From assembly GCA_964422585.1 (NCBI GenBank), contig CAYRBH010000004.1, positions 886 to 64,885 on the forward strand: a stretch of 64,000 bases of DNA, written 5' to 3'. Numbering within the stretch: position 1 is the first letter of the stretch; each line of letters starts with the position of its first letter. This DNA is from an uncultured Gammaproteobacteria bacterium. Its GTDB lineage: Bacteria; Patescibacteriota; Patescibacteriia; UBA1558; 2-01-FULL-52-15. Position numbers and translations under genes: made by a program. The notes beneath the pieces were generated by a model. The model saw only the letters and a program-made list of their open reading frames with translations, had not been told where the DNA came from and did not search any database. Below, in pieces: positions 27,325 to 37,294 of the stretch.

Positions 27325-28101
27325 ATGAACGATAAACTTGTCCTCGACCTCGAGACCAAAAAAACCTTCGAAGAAGTAGGCGGTCATCACAATTCTGATA
27401 AACTCGGCATTTCAGTGGTGGGCGTGTACTCATACAAGCGCGATCAGTATCGTGCTTTCCGCGAAGAAGAGTTCAAAGAACTGAAAGAGTGGCTCGAGGC
27501 ATCAGATCTTATCATCGGTTTCAATAGTAAGCACTTTGATTTCACCGTGCTGCAACCCTACTATCCGAAATTTGATTTATCGAAGCTGCCCCATCTGGAT
27601 ATTCTCGAAGAAGTGGTGTATGCGCTGGGACATCGATTGAAGCTTGAGAGTATCGCGCAAGCAACGCTTGGTCGCGGTAAGTCAGGCGACGGACTGGATG
27701 CCATCAAGTATTTCCATGCAGGGGACTGGGAGTCACTTGAGAAATACTGCCTCGATGACGTGAAGGTCACGAAAGAAATCTATGAGTATGGCATGTCGCA
27801 TGGCTATATTTGGTATACGAATTATGGCGTGAAGGAAAAGATACTGGCTCGCTGGTCCAAGGGTGAGACGGTCGAGGATATCGTGAAGCGCGCTGTCGCG
27901 AAGGGTTTGCAGCTCGAGATAGAGTATATCGATGATGATGGGAAGGCCACGACCAGGAAAATAGATATTCAGAATATCTCAGGAGCTAAGATAAAAGCTT
28001 ATTGTCATTTGCGGCAGAGTTTGCGTCTCTTCGACCTCACGAAGATAACCAAAGCCATTGACTGTGGGCCAATGGCGTCCTATCAAAAAAGTCTCTTATA
28101 G
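27325..28101 (+). CDS. YprB-like RNase H-fold (DEDD) exonuclease fused to a C-terminal WYL domain
   Basis: LDLET, IIGFNSKHFD, HLDIL, YCLDDV; C-terminus LEIEY-DDDG-TTRKID...AYCHLRQSLRLF. Confidence 0.8.
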   Translation: MNDKLVLDLETKKTFEEVGGHHNSDKLGISVVGVYSYKRDQYRAFREEEFKELKEWLEASDLIIGFNSKHFDFTVLQPYYPKFDLSKLPHLDILEEVVYALGHRLKLESIAQATLGRGKSGDGLDAIKYFHAGDWESLEKYCLDDVKVTKEIYEYGMSHGYIWYTNYGVKEKILARWSKGETVEDIVKRAVAKGLQLEIEYIDDDGKATTRKIDIQNISGAKIKAYCHLRQSLRLFDLTKITKAIDCGPMASYQKSLL

Positions 28102-28102
28102 A

Positions 28103-28669
28103 TCACTTGGTGAATTTGAAGCTCTGTACTATATCCGGGAAAAGGAATTGATCAGCTGAATTACCTGGACCAAGACTCAGGGTCACGCGGGTAGCGTTTT
28201 TCTCGAATAGATACGTATTGGTTTTTTGCGGGTCTTTCGGATCCACCGGCAATCGCTTCATCAGTGTATCGTTCAGCACAGTCAGTTTCCCTGGAAGACT
28301 GGCAAAGGTAGTCTTGGGATTGCGTTCCACGAGAATGTCCATCCGGAGGCTTGAGGCAGGGTCGCTCGAAGCGATAGTGATCGTCCCGCCATCCGCAGAA
28401 GTATGTTCAGAGATGCTCATAGCCGCCGGGTGCCACACTTCGAAGCCGAAGGCTTTATTCGAGTAGGTTGAACCGCCTGTCGTCGCGGCCGTTGGTTTCA
28501 GTAGATCATTCACGGCGCCGAGGTTTACATCAGCAGCAGCTGGTTGATTGACGGCAGGCTGTGCGGGCGCGCTCGGCTTGGCTGGTGCTTGGAAGCAGCC
28601 GCTGAGCAGGAAGATCAGGGGGAGTGCAGCGAGTAATTTCCGCGCCTTAGTAGCATTATTTTGTAACAT
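28103..28669 (-). CDS. lipoprotein
   Basis: Lipobox LSGC, Pro/Ala-rich linker, Y-x-N-x-x-F-G-F-E-V motif of PsbP-like domains. Confidence 0.75.
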   Translation of the reverse strand: MLQNNATKARKLLAALPLIFLLSGCFQAPAKPSAPAQPAVNQPAAADVNLGAVNDLLKPTAATTGGSTYSNKAFGFEVWHPAAMSISEHTSADGGTITIASSDPASSLRMDILVERNPKTTFASLPGKLTVLNDTLMKRLPVDPKDPQKTNTYLFEKNATRVTLSLGPGNSADQFLFPDIVQSFKFTK

Positions 28670-28774
28670 AGTGGATATATTCCTTGGGTGCTCGCGGATC
28701 ACGATTTCGTAGTATGTCCCTTCGTCATAGCTCAGGTGACGGATGCACTCAGTATAGCATATCAGACGGCGGCA

Positions 28775-30457
28775 TTAGAATTTGATCTCATAGACATTAA
28801 AAGCAGGCCGTTCCGCATAATCATAGATGATATGCGGTGCGATCTCGGCTCGTTGCAACGCGTCTCCAAGGCTCGCGAGGTAGCGCGCATAGCTGGCCGC
28901 GTTCTCATCAGCAGGCGCCGCGGCATTCTCCATGGTGACCAGCCATACATGCTTCGCGCCTTTCGCTTGCAGATAGGTGAAGATATTATTATTCCATCCT
29001 TCCGCATGCATATTCTGCAAAATGAAGCTTATCGATACGATCGGCCGGTCATAGTAGAATTGATACCTGCGGAAATACCACATTTGGGAAAACCAATCCA
29101 TGCGGCCATCGATGATGATGCTAGTGTCGAAGGTCGGGTCAACGCCTACCTTCGTGTCCGCGAGGCTTATTATCTGTTTTCTCGCTGGCAATGTTCCGTA
29201 GGCAGTAGCACGCAGATATTGATCAAGTTCATAGTAGCCTCGCTTGAAGAAGCGGTCAGCGCCGTAAGCGACGCCGGCAGTTCCTAGCGGCTGCGGCAGC
29301 AGATTAGTGTTCATACTATAGGCAGTCTCAGTGAAACCGACGAGCATCAATATGATAAGGGCCGGAGCTCTGAGATCGAAAGGTTGCCTGCGCAGTTCGA
29401 AGTAAGCTGACCCAAGCAGCAGGGCGAAGAGTGGCAATGAGATCGTCAAGAAACGGGTTTGCGCGCCGCTCACGGCGAACATACCTAAGCTGCAGATGAT
29501 GCCTATGGTGGCTATCGTGGTCAGATTGCTCGCTGTGCGGCGCGCGCTGCTCACTATACCCCAACCGAGAAGCACTGCCAGCAGAAGTACCGTGGGGTAG
29601 GCATTGTTATGCGTGAAGATGCTCCCTATACCCCTGAGGTTCTCTACCAGATTGAGATTGATACCGCGATTCCACAAGGCTTGGTAATCCGCCGTATGCA
29701 TGCCGAGCATCGATGAGATAGCTGCGTCGAAATGCCCCCGAGTCTTGAAGACGAAGACATTGTAGATGATGACTGGCAGCAGCAGCACGATCGCAAGGAG
29801 CCAGGAAAGCCAGAATTTTTTTTGCTTCAGTAGCTTCGTATTCAGCCAGGCTATGCTCAGGAGTATGCAGGGTATGAGGAAGAGCGCGGTATATTTGGTA
29901 AGCAAGGCCAATCCAAGACTTGCCATGAGGGCAAAGCTGTATCGTTTACCTTCGCTTTCCAAGAGGCGCAGCAGGAATGCGATCGCCGCGATGATGCCCA
30001 AGACCTCGATGCCCTCGATATACCCGGTTATGCTCATCCAGACGCTGTAGGATCCTATGCTTAAGAATAATGATCCAACGGTCGCGGATACCGCATCGGT
30101 ACGTCGAAGCAGGATACGCCAGATCATATAGGTACTGATGATGCCCGCGAGTAAGAATGGCATATAGGCCGCGACATCAGTATTTCCAAACACCAGGAAG
30201 AATAGATGCTGCAGCTCGAAGCTCAGCGGCGGATGATCATGAAATGACAATCTCGACCACCACGGTATCATGCCGAACCAGACCAGCGGTGTGGTTTGAT
30301 TGGCGTCAGCAAGATAATCAACTAGTCCCAGTGCCCTGAAACTATTCAGCGCGTGATCGCTCTGTATATCCGTCCCAGCGGTGCCGGCGAATCTGAAAAA
30401 AACACTCAGCAGAATGACAGTAGCAAGCAATACTGCAGTGGTGCGCTTTTTGGTCAT
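28775..30457 (-). CDS. GT-C glycosyltransferase (PMT_2/ArnT-like)
   Basis: DHPPL motif, many TM helices, GLALLTKY. Confidence 0.8.
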   Translation of the reverse strand: MTKKRTTAVLLATVILLSVFFRFAGTAGTDIQSDHALNSFRALGLVDYLADANQTTPLVWFGMIPWWSRLSFHDHPPLSFELQHLFFLVFGNTDVAAYMPFLLAGIISTYMIWRILLRRTDAVSATVGSLFLSIGSYSVWMSITGYIEGIEVLGIIAAIAFLLRLLESEGKRYSFALMASLGLALLTKYTALFLIPCILLSIAWLNTKLLKQKKFWLSWLLAIVLLLPVIIYNVFVFKTRGHFDAAISSMLGMHTADYQALWNRGINLNLVENLRGIGSIFTHNNAYPTVLLLAVLLGWGIVSSARRTASNLTTIATIGIICSLGMFAVSGAQTRFLTISLPLFALLLGSAYFELRRQPFDLRAPALIILMLVGFTETAYSMNTNLLPQPLGTAGVAYGADRFFKRGYYELDQYLRATAYGTLPARKQIISLADTKVGVDPTFDTSIIIDGRMDWFSQMWYFRRYQFYYDRPIVSISFILQNMHAEGWNNNIFTYLQAKGAKHVWLVTMENAAAPADENAASYARYLASLGDALQRAEIAPHIIYDYAERPAFNVYEIKF

Positions 30458-31314
30458 GCTTTCGGTCTATGGTGGAGCCGCCGTTCACGTGCCAGAATCA
30501 CGGTGTTGAAGAGTAGCATGGCAACGGTCATAGGACCGACACCGCCCGGCACTGGGGTGATGAAAGAGGTTCTGGGAGCGACCGCATCGAAGTCAACATC
30601 GCCAACGGTTTTGCCATCCTTCTTCGAGATACCCACATCGATGATGATGGCACCATCCTTAATCATGCCCGCTATGAGCCACTGGGGCTTGCCGACCGCA
30701 GTGATGATAATGTCGGCCGCTCGCGTCGTTTCTTTCAGGTCAGCCGCGTCAGGATATATGCTGTGGCTTACAATGCCGTTCATCTTCAAGAGCGCCGCGA
30801 GCGGCCGCGAGAACTCGTCGCTCTTACTGATGATGAGCGCTTCTTTGTTCTGATACTGCTTAATGCCGACCGAGGCGAGCAAGGTCCAGATGCCTAAGGG
30901 CAGACCAGGGAGCAGATGCTGTTTTTTGCCAGCGAGCAGGCTCTCTACATTTTTCTTATGGAAACCGTCCACGTCCTTCCGATAATCCATCGCGTCTATG
31001 ATGCGTTGCTGCTCCAGATGTTTCGGCAAGGGGATCTGGATGAGTATCGCGTCTATCTGATCATCATTGTTCAGGAATGCTACTGATGCGAGCACATCTT
31101 TCTCAGCAGCGTTCTCTGGCAATAGGTATTTGTGAAAACCGATACCCGCTTTTTTGCAGGCTTCTTCTTTTAGCTTCACATAGAGATGTGAAGCGGGATC
31201 AGTGCCGACCAGGATAACCGCAAGCTGCGGTTCGAGGTTTTCATCGACTATCGCTTGCGTTAGTTCATCGATGATGACATTCGCCAGCTCTTTGCCATTG
31301 ATGATCTGATACAT
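30454..31314 (-). CDS. folD: methylenetetrahydrofolate dehydrogenase/cyclohydrolase
   Basis: LAVILVG, YVKLK, KDVDGFH, IDVGI, TPVPGGVGPMTVAML. Confidence 0.97.
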   Translation of the reverse strand: MYQIINGKELANVIIDELTQAIVDENLEPQLAVILVGTDPASHLYVKLKEEACKKAGIGFHKYLLPENAAEKDVLASVAFLNNDDQIDAILIQIPLPKHLEQQRIIDAMDYRKDVDGFHKKNVESLLAGKKQHLLPGLPLGIWTLLASVGIKQYQNKEALIISKSDEFSRPLAALLKMNGIVSHSIYPDAADLKETTRAADIIITAVGKPQWLIAGMIKDGAIIIDVGISKKDGKTVGDVDFDAVAPRTSFITPVPGGVGPMTVAMLLFNTVILARERRLHHRPKA

Positions 31315-31316
31315 AG

Positions 31317-32552
31317 CTAGCCAAGTTCAGGATACAGAGGGAATCCTTGCATGAGCTCGCTCACTTTCGAACGATAGGACGCCGCGGTTTCTGGGTTCTT
31401 CAGGATAGCAACGATTAGTTCGCCGAGCACTTTCATTTCTTTTTCTTTCAGACCACGGGTGGTGAGTGCCGGTGTGCCGAGACGGATGCCTGATGGGTCC
31501 ATCGGTTTACGCGTATCGTCGGGGATAGCATTCTTGTTCACGGTGATACCTGCTTCATGCAGGGCGTTCTCCGCGATCTTGCCGGTAGTGCCGAGCGGCG
31601 TGACGTCGAGCAGCAGCAGGTGATTCTCAGTCATGCCATGGCAGATTGTGAGGCCCGCATCCTTGAAGACCATCTCGAGCGCTTTCGCGTTCGCGATGAT
31701 CTGACGAGCATACTCGGTGAATGCCGGCTCTAATGCTTCTTTGAAGGCTACGGCTTTCGCTGCGATATTGTTCTCATGCGGCCCGCCCTGGAAACCAGGG
31801 AATACTGATTTATCTATTGCCTGCGCAAACTGCTCTTTGCACAGTATCATCCCGCCGCGGGGTCCGCGCAGGGTCTTATGCGTTGTCGTTGTTACAATAT
31901 CGAAGATGGCGGTCGGGTTCTGCAATTGCTTGCCGGCTATGAGACCTGCGATATGCGCCATGTCCATCATGGTGATAGCCCCGACTTCATCAGCAATCTC
32001 CTTCAATTTTTTATAATCAAGTTCACGTGAGTAGGCTGAGAATCCAGCAAGCAGGATCTTCGGCTTATGCTCCAAGGCCATTTGCCGCACATTGTCATAG
32101 TCGATGAGACCCGTTTCGACATTTGTCTTATAGCGTACGAAGTTGAATATCTTCGTCATATAGGTGACCGGATGTCCATGCGTAAGATGTCCGCCATGGC
32201 CAAGGTCCATTCCGAGCACGGTGTCACCGGGCTTGAGAAGGGCGAAGTATACGGCGACGTTCGCGGGTGCTCCTGACAGCGGCTGCACATTGACATGTTC
32301 AGCGCCGAAGAGTTGCTTGGCCCGCTCGATCGCGAGCGTTTCTACTTCGTCGATGAACTCGCAGCCGCCATAGTAGCGTTTGCCTGGGTAACCTTCGGAG
32401 TATTTGTTCGTGAGGACGCTCCCCAGCGCTTCGAGTACCGCTAGTGATGCGAAATTCTCTGAGGGTATCATCTCAGCGCCAGTGCGCTGGCGTTCGAGCT
32501 CTTTCAAGATAGAGGCGTTGAGCTCGGGGTCATAGGTGTTGAGTGTAGGCAT
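31317..32552 (-). CDS. glyA: serine hydroxymethyltransferase
   Basis: SENF, NKYSEGYPGKRYYGG, GGHLTHG, TTTTHKTLRGPRGG, SGIRLGTP. Confidence 0.98.
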   Translation of the reverse strand: MPTLNTYDPELNASILKELERQRTGAEMIPSENFASLAVLEALGSVLTNKYSEGYPGKRYYGGCEFIDEVETLAIERAKQLFGAEHVNVQPLSGAPANVAVYFALLKPGDTVLGMDLGHGGHLTHGHPVTYMTKIFNFVRYKTNVETGLIDYDNVRQMALEHKPKILLAGFSAYSRELDYKKLKEIADEVGAITMMDMAHIAGLIAGKQLQNPTAIFDIVTTTTHKTLRGPRGGMILCKEQFAQAIDKSVFPGFQGGPHENNIAAKAVAFKEALEPAFTEYARQIIANAKALEMVFKDAGLTICHGMTENHLLLLDVTPLGTTGKIAENALHEAGITVNKNAIPDDTRKPMDPSGIRLGTPALTTRGLKEKEMKVLGELIVAILKNPETAASYRSKVSELMQGFPLYPELG

Positions 32553-32633
32553 GTAATTAAAAAATAGGAAATAATGAAGCTCTTCGAAGGTGAGTCTTGT
32601 TTATAACATATCACTACCCTACCCGTTTTTGAC

Positions 32634-33266
32634 CTATTTGAAAAGACGCTTACCCTTTCGGTCCCATTCGATGATCTTGCCATAAGCGATCTCGACAGCA
32701 TCGGCTTTGCGTAGACGCTGCAGCACTTGTTTGGGAGCTATCGCCTTATGTGTTGTTCTATCCAGTGCACGTGGAATGAAAAAAAGGTCTTTCTCGGCGG
32801 TCATCCAATTTTTTTGATCGAATTGGCCTAGGTCGAATGGCGCAGAGTAGGATACTAGGGTCTTTCTACCAGTATCAAGGAAATATTCATGAAAGTAGGA
32901 GAGCGCGAGCTCACGCAGCGTTCGGTAGATCGGCTCACGATACCGGAGGACAGCATGATTGGTCTTGCTGAGAGCGCCCCAATGCCCTCGCTGTTTGAAA
33001 AGCGTCACAACATGATCTTGATCGCCACGCGCCGCCTTCAGATCCATCACGATCGGCTGCTGTCCCTGCAGTCGAAGAGCCAGGGCTGCGAGCATAGCTC
33101 CTTCCATGCAATGCGCGCGTCGTTCCCGCAGCACACGACGAGGTGACATACAGGTTTCGCCCTTGAGCTCGAAATTATTCGCGAGTGAATTAAGAAAGTC
33201 CTGAATTTTAGGAGGAGTATTAAGCCTTTTCAGAGCTCCTAACTCTTGAGAGGTAAGGTTGAACAT
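32634..33266 (-). CDS. conserved protein, probable transglutaminase-like Cys-His fold
   Basis: SPRRVL...AHCMEGA, DHVV, WGALSKTNH. Confidence 0.65.
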   Translation of the reverse strand: MFNLTSQELGALKRLNTPPKIQDFLNSLANNFELKGETCMSPRRVLRERRAHCMEGAMLAALALRLQGQQPIVMDLKAARGDQDHVVTLFKQRGHWGALSKTNHAVLRYREPIYRTLRELALSYFHEYFLDTGRKTLVSYSAPFDLGQFDQKNWMTAEKDLFFIPRALDRTTHKAIAPKQVLQRLRKADAVEIAYGKIIEWDRKGKRLFK

Positions 33267-33268
33267 TG

Positions 33269-33658
33269 TTACTCAAAATCTTCAACACAGAAATTATCCT
33301 TTGTCGGATCTACATTTTCTATCTTGTCTACACAGCCAGGAGGAGATGTTGGCCCGTCATTTTTTCGGCATGTGCCAATGATAGGAAGGTGCATGGTATT
33401 CGCTTTGGAGGTCTGACGACGCACATAGCAACCTCCCGCGCATTGTGATGAAGACGTGCAGCTGTTGCCACCGTCAGGATATTTTTTCGCACAGTATGCA
33501 TCTGATCGTGTTGGGCCACCTGTATCTCCTGGGTACCATGTTTTTCCTTGCACGCCACAGTAGAGGTTACCCCAGATATATGATCGAACGCCGCCATATG
33601 CAAAGGTTATAAGAATGGCGACGATGACAATACTACCGTAGGTTTTCCATTTTTTCAT
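33269..33658 (-). CDS. Cys-rich membrane-anchored protein
   Basis: N-terminal TM; D-G-G-x-x-C-x-x-S-x-Q-C-x-G-x-C motif; 8 Cys. Confidence 0.7.
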   Translation of the reverse strand: MKKWKTYGSIVIVAILITFAYGGVRSYIWGNLYCGVQGKTWYPGDTGGPTRSDAYCAKKYPDGGNSCTSSSQCAGGCYVRRQTSKANTMHLPIIGTCRKNDGPTSPPGCVDKIENVDPTKDNFCVEDFE

Positions 33659-33767
33659 AAGCGGTATTTTTATTAAATAATTCTACCATATACGAAAAGT
33701 ATACGACATCTCATTTTTCATATCGAAGACTATAGCCTTTTTTTAGTGTACTTGCTATCATGCGACC

Positions 33768-35132
33768 ATGAGTATTTATAAAGCCTACGATATCCGTGGT
33801 ATTTATCCGACTGAATTGAATGAGGACACGGCTTATAAGGTTGGCCGTGCTTTCGCAGAGCTGTTGCGCTCAGAGGAGAAGAATCCCAATGACCTACATG
33901 TCGTGGTCGCTCATGATATGCGTATTTCCGGTCCGGCATTGGTCGAAAAGGCAATTCAAGGTTTGCGTGATGGGGGTTTGAATGTGGTGGATATTGGCTT
34001 GGCATCGACGCCGACCTTTTATTTCGCTATTGCCAAGTATGGCTATGACGGTGGGCTGATGGTTTCAGCTTCTCATAATCCAAAAGAGTATAATGGCTTC
34101 AAGTTGACCCGGGCACGAGCAGTCGCGTTGAGTCGAGACACCGGCATCGCTACGATCGAAGAGATGGTAGCAGCGAATCATTTCAAGGAAGCTCCGCGGC
34201 AGGGGAGTTACCGCGAACAGCAAGGGGTTCTCGAGGATCAGGTTCGCCATGATCTCGCGCATGCGGATATACGGCACATCAAGCCATTGAAGGTGGTCGC
34301 GGATGCAGCTAATGCAATGGGCGCGCTGTATCTCGACGCCCTGTTCAAGCATCTGCCCTGCGAGCTGATCAAGATGAATTTCGAACTGGACGGTACATTT
34401 CCGGCGCATGAGGCTGATCCATTCAAGGATGAGAATATCCATGATCTGAAAAAGCGAGTCGTTGCAGAGAAAGCGGATCTAGGTATTGCGACCGATGGCG
34501 ATGGCGATAGGATCTTCTTCGTGGATAATGCAGGCGAACTTATCGAGCCAGCCATACTGCGCGGCATTATGGCGCGTGTGTTCCTGCGCGAGCGACCGGG
34601 CGCGAAAATAGCTTATGATATACGTCCAGGCCGCATCACGCGCGATATGATAGAAGAGTCTGGTGGTACCCCTATTGTTACGAAGGTTGGACACTCGCTT
34701 ATCAAGGCGCAGGCCGTTGCCGAAGGCGCATATTTTGCCGGCGAATCATCGGGGCATTTCTTCCTCAATATGATGCATGGTTGCTATGAGGTGCCGATGA
34801 TTGTGGCATTGAAGCTGATGCAGGAGCTTTCTGAAAGCGGCAAGACCGCGGCAGAGTATGTGCAGCCGCTACGGCGTTATGCGCATTCAGGTGAGATCAA
34901 TTCCAAAGTGAAGGACGTGAAAGAAGTGCTTGATGCCGTTGCTGCAAAATACGCTGACGCGAAATTGAACATGCTGGATGGCGTCACGGTCGAATATCCT
35001 GAGTATTGGTTCAATGTGCGCGGCTCGAATACTGAACCGCTCATTCGTCTGAACTTGGAAGCACGTGATGAGAAGGTGATGACGGAAAAACGGGACAAGG
35101 TCCTGGCACTGATACGAAGCTATAGCGCTTAG
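33768..35132 (+). CDS. manB: phosphomannomutase/phosphoglucomutase
   Basis: KAYDIRG, SASHNP, DGDGDR, GESSGH, RGSNTEP. Confidence 0.93.
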   Translation: MSIYKAYDIRGIYPTELNEDTAYKVGRAFAELLRSEEKNPNDLHVVVAHDMRISGPALVEKAIQGLRDGGLNVVDIGLASTPTFYFAIAKYGYDGGLMVSASHNPKEYNGFKLTRARAVALSRDTGIATIEEMVAANHFKEAPRQGSYREQQGVLEDQVRHDLAHADIRHIKPLKVVADAANAMGALYLDALFKHLPCELIKMNFELDGTFPAHEADPFKDENIHDLKKRVVAEKADLGIATDGDGDRIFFVDNAGELIEPAILRGIMARVFLRERPGAKIAYDIRPGRITRDMIEESGGTPIVTKVGHSLIKAQAVAEGAYFAGESSGHFFLNMMHGCYEVPMIVALKLMQELSESGKTAAEYVQPLRRYAHSGEINSKVKDVKEVLDAVAAKYADAKLNMLDGVTVEYPEYWFNVRGSNTEPLIRLNLEARDEKVMTEKRDKVLALIRSYSA

Positions 35133-35203
35133 CTCACTGAGGCTCACTCTGACGGTAGGTGTTTTAACACCTTGGCCTGTTTTTGGTATACTGAAGCCAG
35201 CAT

Positions 35204-35827
35204 ATGAATGAATTTCCTACATCCATAGAAGCGCCTCAGCCCGCTGAAGAGGGTCTAACCGCGGTTCTCGAGTCCCCGGAAGCGGCCGCTGCTCCTGCTC
35301 AGGAAACAGTGCCTGCTGAACAGCCACGGCTTTCGAGAGAAGAAGTCGCTGACTTTTTGAATGAGGTGGAAGTGTCTGACGGCCCAGCCCTGTCATTGGC
35401 AGAGCAGTGGGCTGCTCAGAAAGCAGGCCAAGAAAGTACACAGACTGCAGCTTCTATCCCAGAGCAGGTGGCAGCTGAAACGCCGGCGATCATGCCTGCG
35501 GAGCTCGCAGCAGTAGGGACTCCTGAAGCAGCTGATGCATCCACGAAATTCGGTTATAGTGATGCAGCGGCCGAACAGTATTTAGCTGAGCATCATATCC
35601 GTATGAATGATGGCACCTGGGAATTGTCTTTTGACATTAATAATGACGGCGTGATAAGTGACCAGGAGCATGTCTGGTCGCTTCCGCATTTGGCCGACTA
35701 TCCACAGAATGTTGTGCGCATTGATGACGGGAATATCGTTATCGATTCTTTCGACATCGAACACAATCTAGTCGCAAGTATTGGGTTTACTCCGACTGGC
35801 GACCAACTCGAACGGGTGAGTGTCTAG
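35204..35827 (+). CDS. acidic hypothetical protein with an EF-hand-like motif
   Basis: Disordered E/A/P-rich N-terminus; DINNDGVISDQE. Confidence 0.7.
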   Translation: MNEFPTSIEAPQPAEEGLTAVLESPEAAAAPAQETVPAEQPRLSREEVADFLNEVEVSDGPALSLAEQWAAQKAGQESTQTAASIPEQVAAETPAIMPAELAAVGTPEAADASTKFGYSDAAAEQYLAEHHIRMNDGTWELSFDINNDGVISDQEHVWSLPHLADYPQNVVRIDDGNIVIDSFDIEHNLVASIGFTPTGDQLERVSV

Positions 35828-35858
35828 GCCGCGGTAGAACGGTACAAAAAATCTTCTG

Positions 35859-36836
35859 CTAATCTAAGCCCACGAGTTTGCGGACCTCTTTGATATTCTT
35901 CTGCGCTATGCTGCGTGCGCGTTTTGCTCCATCTTTAAGAATCTGTTCAACGACAGCAGGGTGCTTCTCATAGTACGCTTGTTTTTCTTGAATCGGCTTC
36001 AAGAATTGATTGACGCTGTCGGCCAGCTCTTGTTTCAAGGTAGCATAGGACAACTTTTTCAGTTTATATTGCTCGATATACTGATCGTACATGCCTTGCG
36101 GTCCGAAATGTTTGTACAGAGTCAGCAAATTATGCCCGCCGCCCAGCGTCGTATTGTCATTGAGAGAGTCGGTCACGGCTTTTGATATTTTTTTATTTAC
36201 GACTTCCGGATTGTCACGGAGCGCTATGTAGCTCGAAGGTCCGAGTGATTTGCTCATTTTCTTCATGGGGTCATTTAAGGACATGACACGTATATCCTCA
36301 GACAGTATCGGTTCTACCTCTGGAAAGAAGTCGCCGAAACGATTATTGAATTTACGAGCGATGATGCGGGTTAGTTCGAGATGCTGGATTTGATCGTCGC
36401 CCACAGGCACATGGCTCGCTTTATAGAGAAGTATGTCGGCTGCCATGAGCACTGGATACATGAGCATGCCGGCATTGGAGACTTTCTTGTGCTTTTGGAC
36501 CAGGTCTTTGTATTGCGTCATCCGCTCAAGCTCCGGTACTGGTGTAATGCAACTGAATAGCCAGTTCAACTCAGCATGCTCAAGTACATCGGACTGGCGA
36601 AAGAAGGTCGATTTTTTCGGATCTACACCGATCGAAAGCAAATCAACAGCCGCTTCCCAGGTGAGCTTTCTCAGCTCATCGGGGTTCGTAATGGTGGTCA
36701 GCGCATGAAAGTCGACGATCGAGTACATGCAGGTATACTTCGACTGCAGATGCACCCAGTTCTTAAGTGCGCCAAGATAATTGCCCAGATGCAATTCGCC
36801 GGTGGGTTGAACGCCTGAGAAAACAAGGGGTTTCAT
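35859..36836 (-). CDS. trpS: tryptophan--tRNA ligase
   Basis: SGVQPTGELHLGNYLG, YPVLMAADIL, VPVGDDQ, KMSKS; ATG 36836. Confidence 0.97.
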   Translation of the reverse strand: MKPLVFSGVQPTGELHLGNYLGALKNWVHLQSKYTCMYSIVDFHALTTITNPDELRKLTWEAAVDLLSIGVDPKKSTFFRQSDVLEHAELNWLFSCITPVPELERMTQYKDLVQKHKKVSNAGMLMYPVLMAADILLYKASHVPVGDDQIQHLELTRIIARKFNNRFGDFFPEVEPILSEDIRVMSLNDPMKKMSKSLGPSSYIALRDNPEVVNKKISKAVTDSLNDNTTLGGGHNLLTLYKHFGPQGMYDQYIEQYKLKKLSYATLKQELADSVNQFLKPIQEKQAYYEKHPAVVEQILKDGAKRARSIAQKNIKEVRKLVGLD

Positions 36837-36966
36837 AGGATTGTATTGTAGCAGTTTATGCTTTTTATTGACAAGTAAGAGTCGAGGTGTTAACGTTTTT
36901 TTCACGAAAGCTTGATGAACTCGGGCTCTTCGCAGCTCTTTAAGACAACAAAGAAGGGGGCGCTGG

Positions 36967-37224
36967 ATGTATATTGTTTGGGTTGCTGATCAAACGAGAG
37001 GTAGGAACGTACAGCGTGGCTGCTATGGGTACTATCCGTCATTTCGGGATCTGGTGCGCCTGCTCAAGGAGAAGGGTTGGACGCGGATGACTGACGACAA
37101 GCACTATCGTCTCGAACGCAGGGTCGGCCGCAAGAAACGACGGCGAACACAAGTCCTTCATGCCAGCATCGTGAAGATCAGGGCCCCACGCAAAGGCCAT
37201 CAGATCCCCGCCAAGCGGGCCTAA
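36967..37224 (+). CDS. small basic hypothetical protein
   Basis: TTGACA-17-TAACGT promoter (36868-36896), AAGGGGG SD, downstream palindrome. Confidence 0.65.
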   Translation: MYIVWVADQTRGRNVQRGCYGYYPSFRDLVRLLKEKGWTRMTDDKHYRLERRVGRKKRRRTQVLHASIVKIRAPRKGHQIPAKRA

Positions 37225-37247
37225 TCACTCAAACAACTCCAAACAAG

Positions 37248-37271
37248 AGACTCACAGCATGCTGTGAGTCT
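37248..37271. terminator. perfect 24-bp palindrome between convergent genes
   Basis: AGACTCACAGCA|TGCTGTGAGTCT. Confidence 0.65.
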
Positions 37272-37294
37272 TGTTCGTTGTTAGGATATACCTT

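Noticed and set aside
28670-28770. Structured leader or tRNA-like element upstream of the lipoprotein gene
   Set aside because: Only short stems (CGTCA/TGACG), no T-arm consensus and no riboswitch motif.
32553-32633. ZTP or THF riboswitch upstream of glyA-folD
   Set aside because: The interval is about 80 bp and AT-rich, and lacks the consensus motifs.
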